From NCBI GenBank assembly GCA_963828645.1, contig CAWHFI010000002.1, positions 9,064 to 73,063 on the forward strand: 64,000 nt of DNA. The letters run 5' to 3'. This document shows, piece after piece, positions 28,089-37,492 of this stretch; positions within the stretch are counted from its first letter, which is position 1, and every line of letters starts with the position of its first letter. The notes under the pieces were generated by a model that ran no database searches, was not told the origin of the DNA, and saw only the letters and a program-made list of their open reading frames with translations. Origin of the DNA: an uncultured Alphaproteobacteria bacterium (lineage in GTDB: Bacteria; Pseudomonadota; Alphaproteobacteria; Rhizobiales; Xanthobacteraceae). A program made the position numbers and the translations under genes.

Positions 28089-30731
28089 ATGCAGATTTCA
28101 ATTCTTCTGGATCGGTCACGGCCGGAGTCACTGACGACCCAGATGGTCGATCAAATTCGCGAAGCCATCCGCTGCGCGCGGATCGGACCGGGCACGCGTT
28201 TGCCGTCGTCGCGGCGACTGTCCGAACAACTGGCGATATCACGCAACACCGTCGTTCGTGCGTATGACCTGCTTCTGATGGAGGGAATCGTCGAGTCGCG
28301 CCCGGCCTCGGGAATCTACGTGGCTGAACAGCTTCCCCGCAGTTCTGCGTCGATACATCAGGTTTCCGAAGCCGGCGATCCCGTTTTGCAACCGCGCATG
28401 CCTATGCCGTTGCGCCAGAGGCGCTTGCAGGGCTTCCCGCAAGCCGCCTCCACGCGCTTGCTCTATGATTTCTTTCCGGGGCGCCCCAGCGCCGATCTGT
28501 TTCCTCTGAAGACCTGGCGCCGCCTGTTGCAGGGCAATCTCTCGCATGGCGGCGGCGCGGGCCTCACTCAATACGGAGATGCCGCGGGCCTTCCGGCGCT
28601 ACGCACCGCGATCGCCAATCATCTGGCGATGGGGCGCGGCATCGTCGCCGATCCGAGCCGCATCATTGTCGTGTCGGGAATTCAGGAAGGCCTGACCCTT
28701 GCCGCACGGCTTTATCTGGCGCGCGGCGTCCTCAGCGTCGTCGAGGATCCCTGTTATCACGGCGCTGCGCTGGCGTTTGAAGCCGCCGGCGCCGAGGTCG
28801 CGAGCGTCGCCGTCGACCAGAACGGATTGATTCCCGATTACCTCCCGCAGCGTACGGCATCGCTGCTCTACACCACGCCCTCGCACCAGTACCCGACCGG
28901 ATCGACCTTGTCGGCGGAGCGACGCCTTGAGGTGATCGCCTGGGCCCGAAGATACGGATGCTACATCGTCGAGGACGATTACGATTGCGATATCCGCTAC
29001 CAAGGTTCGCATCTTCCGCCGCTGGCCTCAATGGCACCCGACTGCACCATCTACATCGGGACGTTCTCCAAATCCCTCGGTGCCGGTCTGCGCCTCGGCT
29101 ATATGGTGGTGCCGGAGCACATCGCGGACGCCGTTTGCAACGAAAAGCGCCTGTTGAACAATGGCAATCCATGGCTGGAACAGGCCACGCTGGCTGACTT
29201 CATGCATAGCGGCAGCTACGCGGCGCATCTGCTTCGTGTGCGCTCTCACTACAAGGAAAATCGCGACACCCTGGTTGCCACTCTGCAGCGCAATTTCGGC
29301 GACGTTGTTGTTGATGGCGGCGCCGGGGGCCTGCATGTGCTCTGGGAACTGCCGCCCGGAATTCCAGATGCCGTGGCGGTCGAAAAGCTGGCGCTGCGCG
29401 CGCGAATCGGCGTGTATTCGCTGTCATCGGCACGGGTCCATTTCCGGCGGCAAACCGCGCTGACCAGCCGGGCCATCATTCTCGGCTATGCCGCACTGTC
29501 ACCGAAGCAGATCGAGAAGGGTATTGCACGGCTGTCGGATGCGATCGACGACGCCATCGATGATCCGGCAACGGACATGACCGCGCTGTTCTCCGACCAG
29601 TTCGAGCCGCCCCTCGCACCCGCGTTCGCGAAGCGGAATCTGGCTCCACGCATTCGGCAGCAACCGGCTCTACGCAACCGGTCGCTGCATCGTGCATTTT
29701 CGAGCAGGTCCATCGTACGACAGAGTGGCGCGCCAATGCCGGTTTTGAAGAATATCTACCGTTACCCGATCAAGGGATTGAGCGCCCAGCCGCTGCAGCA
29801 GGTCTTGTTGCAGGCCAAAAAGCCGTTCCCGCACGATCGCGTGTTTGCTCTGGTGCGCCCCGGGGCCCCGTTCGATACCGGCCATCCCAGATGGGGCAAG
29901 AAGGGTCTGTTCGTCATGCTGATGCTTGAAGAAGCCCTGGCGCGGGTCCAGACCACGCTGAATGTCGATACCATGAAGCTGACAATCATGCAGGACAATC
30001 ACCAGCTCATCGTCGCCGATCTGAATGAGGAGCAAGACCGCGCCAGGGTCGAGGAAATTTTCTGGCAACTGGTCCCCGCCTTGCGCGGAGCGCCGACGCT
30101 GGTGCGCTCGCCCGACGGCCACTTCATGGACAAGCCGGACAACGTCATATCACTGATCAATCTGGCGACGGTGCGCAGTCTTGAGGAGCAGTGGGGCATC
30201 AAGATCGATCCGCTCCGTTTTCGTGCAAATCTCTACATCGACGGTGCAAGACCCTGGGAGGAATTCGATTGGGTCGGCAGCGACATCCGGGTCGGAGAGG
30301 CGCTGTTTCGCGTCGACCGGCGCAACGGCCGGTGCGGCGCGACCAACGTCAATCCCGAGACCGGGCGCAGGGACCTCGATCTTCCCGGCTCGCTCCGCGC
30401 GGCGTTCGGGCACAAGGAATTGGGGATTTATCTGGTCGCCCGGGAGGGTGGACGCCTCGCTGTGGGAGACGAGGTGTGCACACCCTCCACCCCGATCGGC
30501 GGCCATATCGCACTTCCGCTTGTCAACAAATCGCAGGCTGGTCACCAGAAATTCATGTGCGGCGGATGCTATTTCATTTACGAGCCGGCCGAGGGCTCGC
30601 CGGATCAATCGATTCCAGGCGGCACCCCGTTCACGGCCATTCCATCTAACTGGCGATGCCCTGACTGCGGTACCGAAAAAACCACGTTCCGACCACACGT
30701 AGAGCCGCAGTCCTCTGCAACCGGCATTTGA
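28089..30731 (+). CDS. Fusion protein: MocR/GabR regulator (GntR HTH plus PLP domain), MOSC domain, rubredoxin
   Basis: LPSSRRLSEQLAISRNTVVRAY; TPSHQYPTG, EDDYD, GTFSKSLGAGLRLGY; IYRYPIKG, HDRVFAL, RFRANL, GRCGATNVNPETG; CGGC...WRCPDCG. Start could also be 28017. Confidence 0.85.
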   Translation: MQISILLDRSRPESLTTQMVDQIREAIRCARIGPGTRLPSSRRLSEQLAISRNTVVRAYDLLLMEGIVESRPASGIYVAEQLPRSSASIHQVSEAGDPVLQPRMPMPLRQRRLQGFPQAASTRLLYDFFPGRPSADLFPLKTWRRLLQGNLSHGGGAGLTQYGDAAGLPALRTAIANHLAMGRGIVADPSRIIVVSGIQEGLTLAARLYLARGVLSVVEDPCYHGAALAFEAAGAEVASVAVDQNGLIPDYLPQRTASLLYTTPSHQYPTGSTLSAERRLEVIAWARRYGCYIVEDDYDCDIRYQGSHLPPLASMAPDCTIYIGTFSKSLGAGLRLGYMVVPEHIADAVCNEKRLLNNGNPWLEQATLADFMHSGSYAAHLLRVRSHYKENRDTLVATLQRNFGDVVVDGGAGGLHVLWELPPGIPDAVAVEKLALRARIGVYSLSSARVHFRRQTALTSRAIILGYAALSPKQIEKGIARLSDAIDDAIDDPATDMTALFSDQFEPPLAPAFAKRNLAPRIRQQPALRNRSLHRAFSSRSIVRQSGAPMPVLKNIYRYPIKGLSAQPLQQVLLQAKKPFPHDRVFALVRPGAPFDTGHPRWGKKGLFVMLMLEEALARVQTTLNVDTMKLTIMQDNHQLIVADLNEEQDRARVEEIFWQLVPALRGAPTLVRSPDGHFMDKPDNVISLINLATVRSLEEQWGIKIDPLRFRANLYIDGARPWEEFDWVGSDIRVGEALFRVDRRNGRCGATNVNPETGRRDLDLPGSLRAAFGHKELGIYLVAREGGRLAVGDEVCTPSTPIGGHIALPLVNKSQAGHQKFMCGGCYFIYEPAEGSPDQSIPGGTPFTAIPSNWRCPDCGTEKTTFRPHVEPQSSATGI

Positions 30732-30809
30732 AGCGGACACGGAATTCGGTTTTGACGGGGCATTTGCATGCCATTGCCGCGCGCGGCGAGCCGCGGTAGG
30801 CATCGCGGG

Positions 30810-31697
30810 ATGGATTTATCGGTGATCGAAGATCGCAAGGCGCGGGCGCGGACCTGGTTCGAGGCCCTGCGCGACGACATCTGCGCCGGCTTCGAGCGCC
30901 TGGAAGACGATGCGCCGGCAACGCTTTATCCCGGCGACGCCGGGCGTTTCCTGCGTACGCCCTGGGATCGCACCGACCATACCGGCGCGCCCGGCGGCGG
31001 CGGCGTGATGGCGGTGATGCGCGGACGGCTGTTCGAAAAGGTCGGCGTGCATTGCTCGACGGTATCAGGCGAATTCGCGCCCGAATTCCGCGCGCAGATT
31101 CCCGGCGCCGAGGATGATCCGCGGTTCTGGGCCTCGGGCGTTTCGCTGATCGCGCATATGCGCAATCCGAATGTCCCGGCGGTGCATATGAATACCCGTT
31201 TCGTCGTCACCACCAAATCATGGTTCGGCGGCGGCGCTGATTTGACGCCGGTGCTCGACCGGCGGCGCACGCAAGAGGACGCCGACACGGTTGCGTTTCA
31301 TGCCGCCTTCAAGGCCGCCTGCGATGCGCATGCATCGGTCGCGCCGTACGAGAAATACAGGAAATGGTGCGACGACTATTTCTACCTTCCGCACCGCAAG
31401 GAAGCGCGCGGCATCGGTGGCATTTTCTACGACTGGCACGACAGCGGCGACTGGGAGGCGGACCTCGCCTTCACGCAGGACGTCGGGCGGACTTTGCGGA
31501 AAATCTACCCCGACATCGTCCGACGCAATTTCGATACGCCGTGGAGCGCAGCCGATCGCGAGGAACAATTGATCCGGCGCGGACGCTACGTCGAATTCAA
31601 CCTGCTCTACGACCGCGGCACCATCTTCGGGCTGAAGACCGGCGGCAATGTCGACTCGATCCTGTCGTCGATGCCGCCCGAGGTGAAATGGCCGTAA
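30810..31697 (+). CDS. hemF: Oxygen-dependent coproporphyrinogen III oxidase
   Basis: [47 protein letters not shown]. Confidence 0.96.
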   Translation: MDLSVIEDRKARARTWFEALRDDICAGFERLEDDAPATLYPGDAGRFLRTPWDRTDHTGAPGGGGVMAVMRGRLFEKVGVHCSTVSGEFAPEFRAQIPGAEDDPRFWASGVSLIAHMRNPNVPAVHMNTRFVVTTKSWFGGGADLTPVLDRRRTQEDADTVAFHAAFKAACDAHASVAPYEKYRKWCDDYFYLPHRKEARGIGGIFYDWHDSGDWEADLAFTQDVGRTLRKIYPDIVRRNFDTPWSAADREEQLIRRGRYVEFNLLYDRGTIFGLKTGGNVDSILSSMPPEVKWP

Positions 31698-31707
31698 GGC
31701 TTCTTCC

Positions 31708-31741
31708 GTCATTGCGAGGAGCAAAGCGACGAAGCAATGAC
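31708..31741. repeat. Short family F repeat unit
   Basis: gtcattgcgaggagcaaagcgacgaagcaatgac; related to 54507-54633. Confidence 0.65.
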
Positions 31742-31748
31742 GAAGGAG

Positions 31749-32517
31749 CTAAAGCAAATGCCTCAGCGCCGATGAAATCATCACCAGCCCCCCGGTAATG
31801 ACAGCGACATCGAGGATCGCCGTGTGAATATGCACCGGCATGCGCTCGACGAATTTTTTGGCGAGAAAAGCGCCCGGCACCGACACCCCGCCGATCAGAA
31901 GCGCAAAGGCGAGGACTTGCGGAGTAACCACGCCGGCCAGTCCGAACACGGAAATCTTGATGACGCTGGTGACCAGCGAAACCACGGCGTCGGTGGCAAT
32001 CACGGCGGCGCCTTCGAGGCCCACCGCCATCAGCAGCGACAGCAGGATGACGCCCGCGCCTACGGTTCCGCCGACCATGACGCCATAGCCCACGGCGCCA
32101 GCGCCCAGTCCGGCATCGCTGATTTTGACATCGTGCCGCTTGAGCTTGCGGCGCAGCGGTACGCTCGAAATCAGCATGGTGCCGATCACCAGTGCCGCGC
32201 CCGGCGTTGGTAAGCCGGGTATAGCCGTAGGCACCCAGCGCCGTCGTCAAGGCCGCCGCCGCGATCACGATCAGCGCGCGGCGGCGATCGACATAGCGGA
32301 AATAGGCCGTGGCGCGGCTCAGATTGGTGAAGATCGAGGAGATCGCGATGATCGGCACCACAGGTTCGGCCCCTATCAACGGCACCAGCACCAGCGGCAT
32401 CAGCGCGCCGGTGCCGTAGCCCGCCAGGCCGCCGATCACGGAAGCAAACAGCGCAACGCCGGCCACCAGCAAAAGCTGCAACACCGAGATATCGGCGAAA
32501 CCGGAAATGATATTCAC
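31749..32517 (-). CDS. TauE/SafE sulfite-exporter family membrane protein; +1 frameshift near 32201
   Basis: GGLAGYGTGAL...P in one frame, GGTVGAG...IATDA in the next; hydrophobic throughout. Confidence 0.85.
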
Positions 32518-33770
32518 GGCCTGACATCGCGGGTAAAGCGTGCGACGGTCCGGTCGGCGATATTTTCGACCGAAGTTTTATCCAGCGGGAAATCCGCCGC
32601 GAGCCACCCGTCTTCGGCCAGCGCCAGCACCTGGCCGAGCATTGGGCCTTCGGCAATTCCACGCGCGACGAAATCGGCCGCTTTCAGCGGAAATTTTGGC
32701 GCGCTCCAGCGCTCAGGCAACGTGGCAAGCTCGCGCCACTGCGCCGAATCCGTCGTCTCTCCCGCGCGCGCCCATGCCAGCATCAACCGGTCGCGATAAC
32801 GGTCGGCGCCGAGCCGGTAGAGCCGCCGCCGCGCGGTGGCCTCGTCCATGCCGGCAAGCCGCCACCAGCGATGGCCCATGGAATCCAGCGCTTTGGTTTC
32901 GGCATTGGTAAGCCGCAGCCGGGTCGCGACGCGTCTGGCATCCTCGGTGACGCCGACCGCGAGCGCGCCGAGCCGGCGAACCGCGTCGGCTTCAAGCCCA
33001 AGCAGGCGCTCCGCCGAGATCATGGCGCCAAACGGCCCGGTATAGGCGACACCGCCGAAGATCGGCAGCAGCAAGCCGCCATCCGCCATCGCCAAGACAG
33101 CGCCGGCAGCGCCTTCGGCCACCATCAGCTTCAACATTTCCATCCGCACCCGTTCGGCGGAAAGATTCGCAAGACCCTCACGCCCGCGAATACAGGCGAG
33201 ATAGCCGGCGCGGTCGGGTTCGCCCGCGCCATAGGCGGCGTGGATACGGAAAAACCGCAGGATGCGCAGGTAATCTTCCGCGATACGCCGGTCGGGATCG
33301 CCGATAAAGCGCACGCGCCTGGCGGCGATATCGTCGAGCCCGCCGACGTGATCGTGCACCACGCCGCCGGCATCGACCGACAGGCCGTTGATGGTGAAGT
33401 CGCGCCGTTCTGCGTCCGCAACCCAGTCGCGGCCGAACGCGACCCTGGCCTTGCGGCCGAAGGTCTCGATGTCCTGACGCAGCGTCGTGACCTCGAACGG
33501 CTGTGCATTGACGACCAATGTCACGGTGCCATGTTCGATGCCGGTCGGCACGCTCTTGATGCCGGCCGCCCTGGCGCGGCGGATCACTTCCGTGGGCAAC
33601 GCGGTCGTCGCGATATCGATATCGCCGGTTTCTATCTTCAATAGCGCGTTGCGCACGGCGCCGCCGACCACGCGCGCTTCTTCGCCATCGCCATTCAGCA
33701 ATGCCAGCACGCGGGAGGCCGGACCTGATCTGAGCCAACGCGCGTCGTCGAGCACGCGCGAACAGCTCAT
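32514..33770 (-). CDS. cca: CCA tRNA nucleotidyltransferase
   Basis: VGGAVRN, DIDIAT, EVTTLR, RRDFTIN, EDYLRILRFFR. Confidence 0.94.
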   Translation of the reverse strand: MSCSRVLDDARWLRSGPASRVLALLNGDGEEARVVGGAVRNALLKIETGDIDIATTALPTEVIRRARAAGIKSVPTGIEHGTVTLVVNAQPFEVTTLRQDIETFGRKARVAFGRDWVADAERRDFTINGLSVDAGGVVHDHVGGLDDIAARRVRFIGDPDRRIAEDYLRILRFFRIHAAYGAGEPDRAGYLACIRGREGLANLSAERVRMEMLKLMVAEGAAGAVLAMADGGLLLPIFGGVAYTGPFGAMISAERLLGLEADAVRRLGALAVGVTEDARRVATRLRLTNAETKALDSMGHRWWRLAGMDEATARRRLYRLGADRYRDRLMLAWARAGETTDSAQWRELATLPERWSAPKFPLKAADFVARGIAEGPMLGQVLALAEDGWLAADFPLDKTSVENIADRTVARFTRDVRP

Positions 33771-34030
33771 TTTTCAACTCCGGGAACGAACTTGCCGTTC
33801 TCGATATGCGCGGGGATATAGGTCGAATTGGGCGCTCCGCCGGAAAAATGCGCGAGCAGAATGAAGCTGGCCACCACCAGCAGCAGCGCACCCAGCAACA
33901 GCCTGGCGATGACATGCACCGGCCATGACGATTGCAGCAGCAATCCCGAACGCGTGGCAAGCAAGAACAGTGCATAGACCGCGAACGGGATCAGGAAGAT
34001 TCCGATTTCGGTGAATGCCGGACGGATCAT
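33767..34030 (-). CDS. Small membrane protein (DUF6111-like)
   Basis: Two TM segments, C-terminal YIPAHIENGKFVPG; overlaps both neighbours by 4 bp. Confidence 0.75.
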   Translation of the reverse strand: MIRPAFTEIGIFLIPFAVYALFLLATRSGLLLQSSWPVHVIARLLLGALLLVVASFILLAHFSGGAPNSTYIPAHIENGKFVPGVEK

Positions 34031-34707
34031 GGCAGATAAATCCGCTCGTACAGCACCCGCAGGATTCCGGCCGTGGCACCCCAGATATAGCGGTCCGCAA
34101 ACGGCATCGCGTAATACGAGCGCTCGATGCCGCGGAATTCCTTGCTGTGCACCTGGTGGTTGGCCGGATCCATCAGGAACGCCAGCGGGACCTCGAACAC
34201 GTCGTCCACCTCCGCAGCGCTGACGCGCAGCTCAAAGCCGGGCCTCACCCGCGCCAATGTCGGCAGGATGCGAAACCCGAAACTGGTTCCATAGAGATCG
34301 AGATAGCCGATCGGATCGATGAATTCCCGGCCAATGCCGATCTCTTCCCAGGTTTCGCGCAAGGCGGCGTCGAGCGGCGAGGCGTCGGTCGCCTCGATCT
34401 TGCCGCCGGGAAAGGAAATCTGGCCAGCGTGATCGTTGAGGTGGGCGGAGCGCTGGGTCAACAACACCGTCGGTTGCTGCGGATGGTCCACCACCGGGAT
34501 CAGCACCGCCGCGGGACGGATCGGCTGTTCGTGCGCAAGAATTTGCAGCATGCGGTCGGTGCCCCGATCGCCGCTCGGCGGCACCGCACTGGCATCGGTC
34601 AAGCCGGCAGGAACGTCGAAGCGCAGCCGCGCGCGCGCCCGATCGAAGAACTCCGCCGAGCTGATCGCGACCGCGGCGGGTTCCGTCTTGCGCATCGGCT
34701 CGTTCAA
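34027..34707 (-). CDS. CoA pyrophosphatase (Nudix, NudL-like)
   Basis: AAVLIP, LLTQRS, HAGQISFPGG, ALRETWEEIG, IWGATA. Confidence 0.92.
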   Translation of the reverse strand: MNEPMRKTEPAAVAISSAEFFDRARARLRFDVPAGLTDASAVPPSGDRGTDRMLQILAHEQPIRPAAVLIPVVDHPQQPTVLLTQRSAHLNDHAGQISFPGGKIEATDASPLDAALRETWEEIGIGREFIDPIGYLDLYGTSFGFRILPTLARVRPGFELRVSAAEVDDVFEVPLAFLMDPANHQVHSKEFRGIERSYYAMPFADRYIWGATAGILRVLYERIYLP

Positions 34708-35315
34708 AGTGCTGCCCTCACCTGCTCCGCATCCGCCATCGAAAAGAATTCGCCCGACGATGCGACCCCGAACATCGGACGGCCATCGACCACCCGCTCC
34801 TCGCCCATGTCAACCAGATCGTAGTAGAGCGCGCGGGTGACCTTGGCCCAGAGATCGGCACGCACGTGAAGGTAGGGCGTCAAGCCGCCATCGGCGGCAG
34901 CCTCGAATTGCAGGCGGTGCTGTGCATCGCAAAGCACCCAGTCATCGACATTGGTGCGAAATCGCAAGCGGCGATCCGGCCCATCGGCTTCCTTCTGCAT
35001 CTCGACCGCAAGGAACGGCGCATCGTCGACGCGGATGCCGACCTTCTCCACCGGGGTCACGAGAAAGTGCTTGCCATCCTCGCGCTTGAGGATGGTCGAA
35101 AACAGCCGGACCAGCGCCGGCCGCCCGATCGGCGTACCCATGTAGAACCACGTACCATCGCTGGCGATTTGCATGTCGAGGTCGCCGCAGAACGGCGGAT
35201 TCCACAGATGCACCGGAGGCAACCCTTTTCCGGCAGTATTGCTGCCTGCAGCGTCTTTAGCGGCGGCAGTCAGTCCGTCGAGGCCGTGATGGGTGGTCTG
35301 CCCTTGCTTCGCCAT
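34704..35315 (-). CDS. DUF1285 family protein
   Basis: PPVHLWNPPFCGDLDM, LVTPVEK, DDAPF, FRTNVDD; start MAKQGQ lies inside the longer track ORF. Confidence 0.88.
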   Translation of the reverse strand: MAKQGQTTHHGLDGLTAAAKDAAGSNTAGKGLPPVHLWNPPFCGDLDMQIASDGTWFYMGTPIGRPALVRLFSTILKREDGKHFLVTPVEKVGIRVDDAPFLAVEMQKEADGPDRRLRFRTNVDDWVLCDAQHRLQFEAAADGGLTPYLHVRADLWAKVTRALYYDLVDMGEERVVDGRPMFGVASSGEFFSMADAEQVRAAL

Positions 35316-35549
35316 TGTTTGCCCTGAGTTTGCAGCCTCAATTTGGCACGATTGGTGCACGTATTTGCGAGGAAAGTGCGGGATCGTTCTCGCCACATCG
35401 TGATGCCGTTCATAGCCTGAAATGCCGATAATGTGGGGATAGTTTAATTCAACGAATACATGGCCTTCGCATAAGTTTAGCATGAGGTTCATGGCATGAC
35501 GACGCAATCCGCGGCGTTTGCGGCGGCGTTTTGGGCAAGGAGTTAGGCG

Positions 35550-36548
35550 ATGGCGGATAGCGTGGAAAAACTTGAGGACGTGATCGTCCGCTCGGCCGAA
35601 CAGGTTGCCGGTCAGATTCGTGCCGTCAAGGAAGCGATATCCACCGTCATCTTTGGGCAGGACCGGGTGGTTGAAAATACCCTGGTCACGATCCTGTCCG
35701 GCGGTCACGCCTTGCTGATCGGGGTTCCCGGTCTCGCCAAAACCAAGCTGGTGGAAACGCTGGGCACTACGCTGGGGCTCGACGCCAAGCGGATCCAGTT
35801 CACGCCCGACCTGATGCCATCGGATATTCTCGGCGCCGAGGTGCTGGACGAGAGCAATTCCGGCAAGCGGTCGTTCCGCTTCATCTCCGGACCGGTGTTC
35901 GCGCAACTGTTGATGGCCGACGAAATCAACCGAGCCAGCCCGCGCACGCAATCCGCTTTGCTGCAGGCGATGCAGGAGCAGCACATCACGGTTGCCGGCG
36001 CGCGCCACGATCTGCCGAAACCATTTCATGTGCTGGCGACGCAGAATCCGCTGGAGCAGGAAGGCACCTATCCGCTGCCGGAAGCGCAACTCGACCGCTT
36101 CCTGATGGAGATCGACGTCGATTATCCCGACCGCGACGCCGAGCGGCGCATCCTGTTTGAGACCACCGGCGCGGAAGAGACGCTGGCCAGGGCCGCGATG
36201 AACGCCGATATCCTGATCGCGGCACAACGGCTGGTGCGGCGGCTGCCGGTCGGCGATTTCGTGGTCGAAGCGATCCTCACGCTGGTGCGCTCGGCACGTC
36301 CCGGTCCGGAAGGCGGCGAAGGCGGCAAGCTGATCGCCTGGGGACCAGGTCCCCGCGCCAGCCAGTCGCTGATGCTGGCGGTTCGCGCCCGCGCGCTGCT
36401 CGACGGCCGCCTCGCGCCGTCGATCGACGACGTGCTCGATCTGGCCGAACCCGTCCTCAAGCACCGCATGGCGCTGACATTCTCCGCCCGCGCAGAAGGC
36501 CGCACCGTTCCCGACGTGATCAAGCAATTGAAGACGCGGATCGGTTGA
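35550..36548 (+). CDS. moxR: MoxR-family AAA+ ATPase
   Basis: GVPGLAKT, RIQFTPDLMPSD, ADEINRASPRTQSALL, ATQNPLEQEGTYPLPEAQLDRF. Confidence 0.95.
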   Translation: MADSVEKLEDVIVRSAEQVAGQIRAVKEAISTVIFGQDRVVENTLVTILSGGHALLIGVPGLAKTKLVETLGTTLGLDAKRIQFTPDLMPSDILGAEVLDESNSGKRSFRFISGPVFAQLLMADEINRASPRTQSALLQAMQEQHITVAGARHDLPKPFHVLATQNPLEQEGTYPLPEAQLDRFLMEIDVDYPDRDAERRILFETTGAEETLARAAMNADILIAAQRLVRRLPVGDFVVEAILTLVRSARPGPEGGEGGKLIAWGPGPRASQSLMLAVRARALLDGRLAPSIDDVLDLAEPVLKHRMALTFSARAEGRTVPDVIKQLKTRIG

Positions 36549-37492
36549 TGGCCGCAGAGACCAGGCACGCAAACCGGGAGACCACAGCAATCCGACGTGC
36601 CGATGGCGAAAGCCGAACGCTCGCCGCTTCGCTGCCGCGCCTTGTGCTGGAAGCCCGCCGCATCGCCGCCAACGTCATTCACGGCCTGCATGGACGGCGG
36701 CGCGCCGGCGCCGGTGAAAGTTTCTGGCAGTACCGCCGCTTCGTTTCCGGCGAACCGTCGCAGAGCGTCGACTGGCGGCGCTCGGCGCGCGACGATCATC
36801 TCTATGTCCGAGAGCAGGAATGGGAAGCCGCGCACACCGTGTGGCTGTGGCCGGACCGCTCGCCGTCGATGGCGTTCGCCTCGAAGCAGGCGCGCGACAG
36901 CAAGCTGGAACGCGCACTGATCGTGACCTTCGCGCTGGCCGAACTCCTGGTCTCGGGCGGCGAACGCGTCGGCATTCCCGGCCTGATGAATCCGACCGCG
37001 AGCCGTAGCGTGATCGACAAGATGGCGCAGGCGATGCTGCATGACGACGCGGCCCGCCTCAGCCTGCCGCCATCCTTCGTGCCGTCGGCGCTCGCCGAAA
37101 TCGTGGTGTTGTCGGATTTCTGGTCGCCGATCTCCGACATCAGAACCATGCTCGCGGGGTTGTCGGCCTCCGGCGCGCACGGCACGCTGATCCAGGTCGT
37201 CGATCCCGCTGAAGAAAGTTTTCCCTATTCCGGCCGTATCGAGTTCATCGAGCCCGAAGGCGGTGGCGTCATCACCGCGGGCCGCGCCGAAAGATGGGCC
37301 AGCGATTATGTGGCGCGCGTCGCCCTGCATCGCGACGAGATTCGCCATGAGACCGACAAGCTCGACTGGCTGTTCTCGACCCACACCACCAGCCGCTCCG
37401 CCGCCGAACTGTTGCTGTTCCTGCATTCGGGCATGATGGTGAGCAAGGGCAGCGCGCGCACCGCCACGGTCAAAGCGGGGCGAGGAGCATGA
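36548..37492 (+). CDS. DUF58 domain protein
   Basis: HGRRRAGAGESFWQYR, VDWRRSAR, DRSPSM, SDF. Confidence 0.9.
   Translation: MAAETRHANRETTAIRRADGESRTLAASLPRLVLEARRIAANVIHGLHGRRRAGAGESFWQYRRFVSGEPSQSVDWRRSARDDHLYVREQEWEAAHTVWLWPDRSPSMAFASKQARDSKLERALIVTFALAELLVSGGERVGIPGLMNPTASRSVIDKMAQAMLHDDAARLSLPPSFVPSALAEIVVLSDFWSPISDIRTMLAGLSASGAHGTLIQVVDPAEESFPYSGRIEFIEPEGGGVITAGRAERWASDYVARVALHRDEIRHETDKLDWLFSTHTTSRSAAELLLFLHSGMMVSKGSARTATVKAGRGA

Noticed and set aside
35316-36590. N-terminal extension of the 628-aa ORF 34704..36590
   Set aside because: Antisense to moxR; only the part from 35315 is DUF1285
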